Positions 10,626 through 18,900 of a stretch of 64,000 nt of DNA are shown piece by piece. A program made the translations under genes and the position numbers. The stretch's first letter is position 1; the number at the start of each line of letters is the position of its first letter. The stretch is from Candidatus Kerfeldbacteria bacterium (GTDB lineage: Bacteria; Patescibacteriota; Patescibacteriia; UBA10025; JAHIVO01). The notes below the pieces were generated by a model. It worked only from the letters and a program-made list of their open reading frames with translations. It was not told the origin of the DNA and ran no database searches. The stretch is from NCBI GenBank assembly GCA_016214565.1, contig JACROE010000002.1, forward strand, positions 728,007-792,006, written 5' to 3'.

Positions 10626-11417
10626 ATGCCCAACGGCGGCGGACAAATCGACCTGAAACACTGGCTCCAAGAACATCGGGAAATCTCCGATGAGGATTTT
10701 CGGTTCCTGATTGGGCATTCTCTCAGCCATCTTCGCATTCCTTTGACCGGAGTCCTGGGCTATCTGACGATGCTCGTCGAAGGGGACTTCAAGGCGCGAG
10801 AATTCTCCACAATTCACAAGTCGCTCAAAGAAACAGTACAGGAAGCCCTCGATACGCTAAGTGATGTTATGAAATTGAGGATTGCCTACGCGCGACAATT
10901 TGCACCGAAGACCAAGCAAAACAGCGCAAAGAAAGGACTAAAAAGAGTACTGCATTTCGAAGACGATAAGATGCTCACAAAGATATACCGAGTACGATTC
11001 GAACTGGATGGACTGCAGTACGAACCGCGAGAAACTCCCGCGCCCGATCCAGTAGCTTTAGTGAAAAGCGTTAAACCCGACCTCATCCTCATGAGTGTCA
11101 TTATGCCAGAAATGGATGGGTTTAGCGCGACCAGATTACTGAAGGGCGATCCGGAGACGCGAAACATTCCTTTATTATTCCTGACAAATCTCGGACAAAA
11201 GGAAGATATCATTAAGGGAATGAGCCTTGACGCGGTCGATTACTTGGTCTCTGCGCATTACACTCCCTGGCAGGTCGTCGACCGAGTGCGAGAGGTGTTG
11301 AAACTACCCAGACTCAAAAGAGATGAAAAGCTCTATCCGCCATTACCGACTCAGGGTAGTCGGGTGCCAAGGTACCAGGACATTCCGAAGGATGAAACGA
11401 TTAACCGTGCGGCATAG
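10626..11417 (+). CDS. HisKA-like (DHp H-box) domain fused to a degenerate receiver (REC) domain; no HATPase domain
   Basis: The H-box is HSLSHLRIPLTGVLGYL. The REC-like C-terminus is DLILMSVIMPEMDGFSATRLLK...LLFLTNLG...DAVDYLV, where the phospho-acceptor Asp position reads Ser and the conserved Lys before Pro is missing. Confidence 0.55.
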   Translation: MPNGGGQIDLKHWLQEHREISDEDFRFLIGHSLSHLRIPLTGVLGYLTMLVEGDFKAREFSTIHKSLKETVQEALDTLSDVMKLRIAYARQFAPKTKQNSAKKGLKRVLHFEDDKMLTKIYRVRFELDGLQYEPRETPAPDPVALVKSVKPDLILMSVIMPEMDGFSATRLLKGDPETRNIPLLFLTNLGQKEDIIKGMSLDAVDYLVSAHYTPWQVVDRVREVLKLPRLKRDEKLYPPLPTQGSRVPRYQDIPKDETINRAA

Positions 11418-11606
11418 TGGCTCATTGTCGGAAGTTAACCACAGAGTCTGACCACTCTGATTCAATGCGAGTGTTTTGGTCAACATGCTAGAATATTCTC
11501 ATCGACGTTGAGACTTTGCAATTACTTGGGTTTTTCTGGATAAGCGGGTTATCGGAGGCCATTCGACTCAGAGTACAATTTCATTGACTATTATCACTTT
11601 CAGACT

Positions 11607-11900
11607 ATGGCACTCATTAAGTGCAGTGAATGCGGAAAAGATATTTCGGACCAGGCAGAGGCTTGTCCGCACTGTGGCAATCCTCTACGGCCCATTGTCG
11701 TACAGGCTACCAGCAAGCGTTGGAAACTTGCAAAACTAATTGCATGGATCAGCATATTGGTGGGGATATATCTCTTCTTGCGAGGCTATGGCCTCGACGA
11801 GTGGAGTAGTCCAATGACCGGCTTTGGTTTCACGTTAGCATTTGTTGGTTTTGTAGCGCTCATGGTGGCCAAATTTGGAAGCTGGTGGAACCACAAATAG
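11607..11900 (+). CDS. Small zinc-ribbon (CxxC...CxxC) membrane protein
   Basis: MALIKCSECGKDISDQAEACPHCGNPL is followed by two predicted TM helices. Confidence 0.45.
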   Translation: MALIKCSECGKDISDQAEACPHCGNPLRPIVVQATSKRWKLAKLIAWISILVGIYLFLRGYGLDEWSSPMTGFGFTLAFVGFVALMVAKFGSWWNHK

Positions 11901-12125
11901 CGGTATCATTTCGACAGGTGATCACGCTAGAACGGGATTGTCTTCTATTGCAGTTCTAACATCATTCACCAGACGGACGGGGACAGGAAACGTGCACATC
12001 GGGAACTGCCTTTACAGAGACCCTGATTTGTGGTATTCTGTTGACTAATTGCCCTCATTTTAGCCAAAAACTGTCAGGGTGTTCGATGAAAAAGGTGCGA
12101 ACGTCTGACACCAGGCCCCACCATT

Positions 12126-12355
12126 GGGTGCGTAGCTCAGTCCCGACGCGAAGCGGTCGGGATTCCGACTGAAACGTCGGAACTGGTTAGCCTTCAAAAT
12201 CCCATAGGATATGTGAGAATAGAAGCCCATTTATTTGTAGGGGTGCGTAGCTCAGTCCCGACGCGAAGCGGTCGGGATTCCGACTGAAACGTCGGAACTG
12301 GTTAGCCTTCAAAATCCCATAGGATATGTGAGAATAGAAGCCCATTTATTTGTAG
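12126..12355 (+). repeat. Two identical 115-bp tandem direct repeats; each begins with GGGTGCGTAGCTCAG (the 5' end of the downstream tRNA-like element) and contains two perfect 7-bp hairpins
   Basis: Copy 1 (12126-12240) and copy 2 (12241-12355) are identical by eye. The hairpins are TCCCGAC-gcgaagcg-GTCGGGA and TTCCGAC-tgaaac-GTCGGAA. Confidence 0.85.
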
Positions 12356-12409
12356 GGGTGCGTAGCTCAGCTCGTGAGGTCAGAGGTTCGATCCCTCTCG
12401 CGCCCACCA
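12356..12409 (+). other. 54-nt tRNA-like element (7-bp acceptor stem with one G-U, short D-like hairpin, T-arm AGAGG-TTCGATC-CCTCT, encoded CCA) lacking an anticodon arm; tRNA remnant/pseudogene or minihelix-like RNA
   Basis: GGGTGCGTAGCTCAGCTCGTGAGGTCAGAGGTTCGATCCCTCTCGCGCCCACCA. The acceptor strands GGGTGCG and CGCGCCC pair, the T-loop is canonical, and the length is too short for a functional tRNA. Confidence 0.4.
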
Positions 12410-12552
12410 CGCGTTCACAATTGCTTCGTCCTTCGTGTGACGAATCAAGTTCGTCCCACTCCGCACGTCAGCAATGTGCCCGCTTTTCCCCATCAAGCAG
12501 AGCTTGATGGGGGATCCCGAAGAAAGATTACTAAAAAATCCGTTACGGTATT

Positions 12553-13185
12553 ATGAAAATTACCCCAGACAAAGAGACAATTGCCCGCGAACCGAAAGCA
12601 GAACAGGGCGTGCCAGACTACGCGAAATCACCGCGCGGTTTTTTGGTTGAGCTGATAAAAATCGTTTTGATCGCCGTGGTGATTATTATTCCGATCCGGT
12701 ATTTTTTGTTTCAGCCGTTTTACGTCCGTGGCGCCTCCATGGAGCCGAATTTCCACGACAATGAATATCTCATCATTGATGAAATTACCTATCGTTTTAC
12801 TGAGCCGCAGCGTGGAGAGATTGTGGTAGTTCGGGATCCAAAGAATCATGCTGAATTTTTGATTAAACGTATTATCGGTTTGCCGGGTGAGACCATTCAG
12901 GTGATCGAGGGCAATGTATACATTTACAATCAGGAAAATCCGGAGGGAAAAATATTATCTGAGCCATACTTATTTAGTCACATAGTTACGACGCATGATC
13001 AGCGGGTGGAGGTAGGCTCGGATGAATATTTCGTGATGGGGGACAACCGACCGGTTAGCCTGGATTCGCGGAGCTTTGGCCCTATTTTGAAAAAAAATAT
13101 TGTGGGACGTGCCTGGCTTCGGGTGTGGCCGTTTGAAACTTTTACTCACTTTTCTGTGCCAAGTTATAGTACGCAATCACAATAA
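12553..13185 (+). CDS. lepB: Signal peptidase I
   Basis: N-terminal TM helix. Catalytic Ser box GASMEPNF, Lys box KRIIGLPGE and GDNRPVSLDSR are present. Confidence 0.9.
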   Translation: MKITPDKETIAREPKAEQGVPDYAKSPRGFLVELIKIVLIAVVIIIPIRYFLFQPFYVRGASMEPNFHDNEYLIIDEITYRFTEPQRGEIVVVRDPKNHAEFLIKRIIGLPGETIQVIEGNVYIYNQENPEGKILSEPYLFSHIVTTHDQRVEVGSDEYFVMGDNRPVSLDSRSFGPILKKNIVGRAWLRVWPFETFTHFSVPSYSTQSQ

Positions 13186-13192
13186 TAAATTT

Positions 13193-14674
13193 ATGAAACC
13201 TATGCCGCAAAAGAAATCAGAGAAAAGCAAAAAACCGTTGCAACTCCTGCGAGGGTTTAAGGATATATTGCCCGAGGAACAGCAATATTGGGATTATGTA
13301 CGGACGACCGTTGAACGTTTGGCCCGTACGTTTAGCTTTGCTCGGATTGAATTACCATTGCTTGAGGATGCAAATTTATTTATCCGATCAGTTGGAAAAG
13401 AGACTGATATCGTGGAAAAAGAAATGTATGTCTTTGAGGACAAGTCCGGCGATACCGTAGCATTGCGACCGGAGGGGACGGCCGGCGTCGTTCGTGCGTA
13501 TATCGAGCATGGCATGATTACTCGGCCCCAGCCAGTAAAAATGTATTATGTTGGCCCATTTTTCCGTCATGATCGGCCGCAAGCAGGACGTTATCGTCAG
13601 TTTAATCAGTTTGGATTTGAGGTGATTGGGGATGCGCATCCCGTGATTGACGCCCTCCTTATGATGATGGCGTATACTATATTTAATGATGTGGGCGTGC
13701 CGGTAACCCTGCAGGTAAATAGTCTCGGCTCTCCGGAGTGCCGCCGCAATTACGTGAAAGCGCTCCAGGAATACTTCAAAACCCGCAAGAATTCATTGCC
13801 TGAAGAAGATTTGAAACGGCTGCAAACAAACCCACTACGCTTATTGGATAGCAAAGAGCCGGACACACAAGTGCTCGTCGAGGGTGCGCCACAGATTGTT
13901 GATTTCCTTGACGACGAATCAAACAAGCATTTTATCAAAGTGCTGGAGCATTTGGATGAATTAGATATTCCCTATGTGTTGAATCCACGACTGGTGCGCG
14001 GTTTGGATTATTATTCTCGCACTGCGTTTGAGATTTGGCCGGTACCCTATGAAGAACCACCGCAACCAGAAGCGCCAGCGCCCGAGCCAGTCAAAGGTCA
14101 TCATAAGCCAGAAGAAGAAAAACCAGTGGAAGAAAAATTAGAAAAGCTGGATAAACCGTCAGCGCAGAGCGCATTGGGCGGCGGCGGCCGGTATGATTAT
14201 CTCGTGGAGCAGTTGGGCGGACAGCCGACGCCAGCCATGGGGTTTGCGTGCGGCATTGAGCGATTGATTTTGGAAATGAAGTTGCGCCATATCTCTCCGG
14301 GCAGCGTGGTGAGTCCGGATATTTTTCTGGCTCAGCTTGGCGATGAAGCGCGAAAGAAGGCGCTGAAAGTTTTCAATCAGTTGCGTGCAGCTGGCTTCCA
14401 AGTCGCTGAAAGTTTTTCTAAGAATGGTTTGAAATCCCAGATGGAGCAGGCAAATCGTTTGGGCGTCAAATATACGGTTATCATCGGTCAGAAGGAATTG
14501 ATGGATGACACGATTTTGATTCGAGATATGGAGAGTGGCATTCAGGAAACATTTGATTTCGAGAAAATGATTCCCGAATTGACGAAGCGTCTGCGAAAGA
14601 ATGGGACGAATGGTGCAGCGCCCATCATGCCCCCCGTTCCGCAGACCGACCTCAATCAGCCGAAACTTTTATGA
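13193..14674 (+). CDS. hisS: Histidyl-tRNA synthetase, with a Pro/Glu/Lys-rich low-complexity insertion
   Basis: LRGFKDILP, LRPEGTA and YYVGPFFRHDRPQAGRYRQFNQFGFEVIG (class II motifs) are present. The start was chosen at ATG 13193, just after the lepB stop. The ORF-track start at 13100 overlaps lepB. Confidence 0.9.
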   Translation: MKPMPQKKSEKSKKPLQLLRGFKDILPEEQQYWDYVRTTVERLARTFSFARIELPLLEDANLFIRSVGKETDIVEKEMYVFEDKSGDTVALRPEGTAGVVRAYIEHGMITRPQPVKMYYVGPFFRHDRPQAGRYRQFNQFGFEVIGDAHPVIDALLMMMAYTIFNDVGVPVTLQVNSLGSPECRRNYVKALQEYFKTRKNSLPEEDLKRLQTNPLRLLDSKEPDTQVLVEGAPQIVDFLDDESNKHFIKVLEHLDELDIPYVLNPRLVRGLDYYSRTAFEIWPVPYEEPPQPEAPAPEPVKGHHKPEEEKPVEEKLEKLDKPSAQSALGGGGRYDYLVEQLGGQPTPAMGFACGIERLILEMKLRHISPGSVVSPDIFLAQLGDEARKKALKVFNQLRAAGFQVAESFSKNGLKSQMEQANRLGVKYTVIIGQKELMDDTILIRDMESGIQETFDFEKMIPELTKRLRKNGTNGAAPIMPPVPQTDLNQPKLL

Positions 14675-15015
14675 CCGAGCAGTGCATTTTTTGCAGTATC
14701 GTCCAGGACGCAAAGCCTGAGGTACTTATTTTCCGCGGGAAACACATCGTGGCATTCCACGATATTTCTCCAAAAGCGCGCGTGCATGTCTTGGTCGTGC
14801 CCAAGGTGCATCGTGAATCACTCAATGCAATTACGCCAGCTGACTCCGAAATGATCGCTGAATTATTTGGTTCCATTCCTACGATTGCCGAACAGCTCGG
14901 CATTCGTCACAGCGGCTACAAAGTCGCGATTAATACCGGGGCTGATGGCGGGCAGGTAGTACCGCATCTGCATATTCATGTGCTGGGCGGAGAGCCACTT
15001 TCAAGCTTGGTCTAA
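14671..15015 (+). CDS. HIT-family (histidine triad) nucleotide hydrolase
   Basis: HLHIHVLGG histidine-triad motif. 114 aa, overlapping the hisS stop. Confidence 0.85.
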   Translation: MTEQCIFCSIVQDAKPEVLIFRGKHIVAFHDISPKARVHVLVVPKVHRESLNAITPADSEMIAELFGSIPTIAEQLGIRHSGYKVAINTGADGGQVVPHLHIHVLGGEPLSSLV

Positions 15016-15063
15016 TGATCAGAAAAGTACCAATTTGGGCTTTTTTCCGCTATTCAGAATAAA

Positions 15064-15093
15064 TTGACAATACTCCATCTGGCGTGTTATAGT
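15064..15093 (+). promoter_or_regulatory. Sigma70-like promoter for rpsU (TTGACA, 18-nt spacer, TATAGT)
   Basis: TTGACA at 15064-15069 and TATAGT at 15088-15093. The SD AAGGAAGGTG lies before the GTG start at 15155. Confidence 0.5.
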
Positions 15094-15154
15094 AACAACG
15101 ATTTTTGAGAGTAAATTATTTGAACTAACTTTTAGAAAGGAAGGTGACATTTCA

Positions 15155-15445
15155 GTGGTTGAAGTAAAAAAACGAGAAGGCGAGTCTCCCGAAAGTCTGC
15201 TCCGGCGCTTTACTAAGCGCGTTCAATCATCCGGCGTTTTACTCCGGGCGAAGCAGGGGCGGTATTATGCTCCGAAGCGCAGCAAACTTGAGCTTAAAGA
15301 TGCAGCCGCGCGCCGTCAATTGATTACCGAAAAGAAAGAATTTCTCCGCAAAGTTGGCAAGCTTGAAGAATTTATTGATCCGCGCCGACCGAATAAGCGC
15401 GGCACTATCAAAAAATTGCTCCAGGCAAAAATTCGCAGCAAATAA
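15155..15445 (+). CDS. rpsU: 30S ribosomal protein S21 (GTG start, C-terminally extended)
   Basis: VEVKKREGESPESLLRRFTKRVQSSGVLLRAKQGRYYAPKRSK matches the S21 signature (ALRRFKR...G...E.RRR.YEKPS). Confidence 0.8.
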   Translation: MVEVKKREGESPESLLRRFTKRVQSSGVLLRAKQGRYYAPKRSKLELKDAAARRQLITEKKEFLRKVGKLEEFIDPRRPNKRGTIKKLLQAKIRSK

Positions 15446-15457
15446 TTTGTCATTCTC

Positions 15458-15901
15458 ATGACCATTACTGAACGAATCGATGCTGACCTGAAGCAGGCCA
15501 TGCTGAAGAAAGAGGCGAAGCGCCTCTCGGTATTGCGTATGCTTAAGAGCGCCATCCACAATCGCGCCATTGCCGATCGCGTCAAAGAATTATCAGACGA
15601 TCAGGTGGCAAAAGTATTAAAAACAGAATCCAAGAAACGCAAAGATTCGATTGAGGCGTACACCACAGGCGGCCGGCGAGATTTAGCGCAACAGGAATCT
15701 GATGAAGTAGATATCATAAAAGAATATTTGCCCGCCGAACTTGACGAGTCTGCTGTTCAGGCAATCGTTGATACCGTGGTTGGGGAATTGGGGACTGGAG
15801 CGGCTTTTGGCGCCGTGATGAAAGAAGTGATGGCGCGCAGTGCTGGCCAGGCAGATGGCAAACTTGTTTCCTCGCTCGTCAAGAAAAAGATTGGTTCGTA
15901 G
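15458..15901 (+). CDS. yqeY: GatB/YqeY-domain protein
   Basis: DLKQAMLKKEAKRLSVLRMLKSAIHNRAI...DGKLVSSLVKKKI follows the typical YqeY pattern, directly downstream of rpsU as in many bacteria. Confidence 0.8.
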   Translation: MTITERIDADLKQAMLKKEAKRLSVLRMLKSAIHNRAIADRVKELSDDQVAKVLKTESKKRKDSIEAYTTGGRRDLAQQESDEVDIIKEYLPAELDESAVQAIVDTVVGELGTGAAFGAVMKEVMARSAGQADGKLVSSLVKKKIGS

Positions 15902-15967
15902 AGAACATTGTCCGCGTCCCGCGTACCATTAGTCTTCATGCTTAATTAATGGTTCTCGTCAGCGCAC

Positions 15968-18900
15968 GTGAAAGATACACTGAAAAAAAATAAAAATTCA
16001 CTTTTGGGCGTCTTTGGGTTTTTGCTTATCGTGGCAATTGTTGGCGCGGCGGGCTGGCTTGCCGTACCGGAAACGAGCGCGCAAGTGAATCTGGATCCAA
16101 ATCTCGGTACTACGTTTGGTTTGGGAACGGCGGATCTATTGTCCACGGTGATTAACATTGTTCAGTGGGCGCTTGGATTCCTTGGTTTGATTGCGGTCAT
16201 ATTTATCATGTATGGCGGTTTTGTCTGGATGACGGCGGCCGGCAATCAGGAAAAGGTGGAAAAAGCCAAGAAGATTATTACGCGGGCGGTGATTGGTCTG
16301 GTGATTGTCCTGTTGGCTTGGGCCATCGTTACCTTTATCGTTGACCGAGCGCTTGATCTGACGGGTGGCAATGGCAGTAGTTGTACGGATGGTGATGTGA
16401 ATGGATGCTATCTGTGCTCAAGTGGCTCATGGGTGTATCAAAATGCGTGGCCGGGCTGTAATGCGGGCGGGGCTAATTTCTTTGATGTCGTGGATACGTA
16501 CCCAGCGGACGGGCAGACTGGCGTGTATCTCTGTAGTATCGTTCAGGCGGAATTTAATGGGAATATTGATGCGGCTACGGTTCCGGGCGCGGCGTTTGTC
16601 TATGTGAACGGCGGCGGTCAAAATGGCGATGCCTGTACTGCTAACACCGATTGTGCGTCTGGCGTTTGTGCGGCTACTTGCCAGGGGAATTCAGTGCCAG
16701 GCAATTGGAACGCCAGCGGCGATACGTTAGAATTTTTGCCTAGCCAAGAGCATTTGCCGAACACCATTTATCAGGTTTATTTATGCGGCAGTGGGGCGGG
16801 CAATCCTGACTGCACCAGCCAGATAGAGGAAGACGCAGCGACACCGAGACAATTTATCGGTGAAATCTGGTTCTTCACGACCGGCAATTCGACGCTGAAT
16901 GAACCGCCTGAGGTGACGGCCATCTATCCGGCTGACGCGGCTGCCAATATTTGTCTGAATACGACTATTGCGGCGAATTTCAGCCAGCCGATTCGCAAGG
17001 CATCGCTCAATGCCAATACGGTGCAATTCACCACCGGCGGCGGACCGGTTGGTTTACGCACACCTTTTAGCATCCCTAGCACGTGGGATTCTTTCTCGAC
17101 CCGGCCGAGCAATGCCATGACCGCTGGCGCGGAATATAATGTCAAACTTATTGCTGGCACACCTGGCAACACGGATCCGAATAACGGCATCATGGACGTC
17201 TGCCTGAATCATTTGGATGGTGATTATAATAATAATGAAGACGGCAGCCCGGGTGATGATTTCATGACTATCAATAATGAGCCGAGCGGCGGTGAAGTGG
17301 CGCCGTGGAATTTCTTCGCGGATACCGACACCACCAATATCGAGTGCACCCCGGAGATCAGCAGTATCGTTCCGGCCAGTCAGCGGTATGATGCTGATCC
17401 CGGCATCACCATCAATGGCAGCAATCTCTCCATCAACGGCGATATCCGATTTGAATTGAACGTGATGCACGACAACCGCTGCATGGATGTGAATGGCACG
17501 CCCAATCAAGCTTGTGTCGCGAGTTGGACCGGCGATCAAATCAGTACGCGCATTCCTGCTGGACCAGTTGCCTTTGCCGGTGAATCACCCTCGGCTGGTG
17601 CGGCTGACGGTAATGTGCGCGTGGAGATCGGCGCGGGCGATGATGAGAAGAGTAATACTTACGCATTCGACGTTTCCAGTCCGCAGATACGCCGGGCCTT
17701 AGGCATCAATAATCAGGCGCATGGCGGCATCAGCCAGGCGGTCAAGCTCGAACGGCGCACGGGGAACGCCAATGACGGTTTTGGAGCACCTGGTACCGTT
17801 GAGTTTTTCAATATTTCTACCCAGGCACGAATGCCGGCGGATACGCTGAATTGCAGCACCACCTGGACTAATAATTACGCGTTGATTAAAGTACCCGATT
17901 TATCTAGTATCGGCGTGACCGCGTGCGACACTTCAATTTACAGCTGGTATGACTGCCCCACCGCAGTGCCAAATTCGGTGGTTGGCATTCAGTTATTTGG
18001 CGCAGGCGGCGCTCAGCCGAGCAACATTATTAAATTTATTTATACGACAGAAACGCCCGGACCAGTGCTCTGTGAAGTGGTGCCTGAGTGTGGCAATGCC
18101 GGAGCGGCAATAACCTTAACCGGTGAGGCGTTTGGCGCATCTCAGGGGAGCGGGCGGGTGTGGATTTCATCGCCGCCAGTTTCCGCCCCGGTAACCGGTT
18201 GGAACGAGGGTACCATCACCGCCACCGTGCCAAATCTGCGGAATGGCGTGCATGAGGTGAACGTTGAAGATGATAATGGCAAATCATCATACTCCATGGA
18301 TTTTCAGATTCCGTGCGGCGACATTCCTCAGGTCGTAGAAAATGCCAGTTGCGCCGCAACCTGCAATGGAGGACCGAACGATGGAAATTTGTGCAGCGAC
18401 GATAGTCAGTGTCCGGGTGGCGCTTGTCAGATCTCCATGGCGTCCCCGAATCCCTATAAAGGTACTGATGACGTGTGCGTGAACGCCATGTTTGGCGCGC
18501 GATTTACCGTGCCGATGAATACCGGTACATTCAATGCGAATATCATTTTGGAGAGTTGCGGCAATGATAGTTCCTGCGCTGCACCGGTGGCCGTCACGCA
18601 TAATATGGGAACTTTTGGTGCCCCGCTGAATGAACGATTTATCATGCAGCGCACCGTCGCAGGGGTGCCGACTGATCTGGATCCAAATACCTACTATCGT
18701 GTGACCATTCGCCGTCAAGTTGAGAGTACAACTGGCGCGCGAATGAACGCAGATTATGTGTGGCTGATTAAGACCAAGGCTGACACCGGCCCCTGTCCGG
18801 TGGAGAATGTTATGGTCACGCCGGGAAATGCGGTGCTCTATAATATCGGGGATACAGAACCATATCTCGCTACTGCGATTGGTCCGAATTGTGCCTTGCT

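Noticed and set aside
12126-12409. Considered whether the 115-bp tandem repeats are a CRISPR array
   Set aside because: Only two 115-bp units sit directly abutting, with no unique spacers between repeats. The unit length is far larger than CRISPR repeats, and no cas genes are nearby.
12374-12556. 60-aa ORF in the ORF track overlapping the tRNA-like element and the upstream hairpin
   Set aside because: It has no SD and a low-complexity translation, and it overlaps structured non-coding sequence. It is almost certainly spurious.
13100-13192. Upstream extension of hisS to ATG 13100
   Set aside because: It would overlap the last 86 nt of lepB. The ATG at 13193 immediately follows the lepB stop and yields the canonical HisRS N-terminus (…LRGFKDILP).
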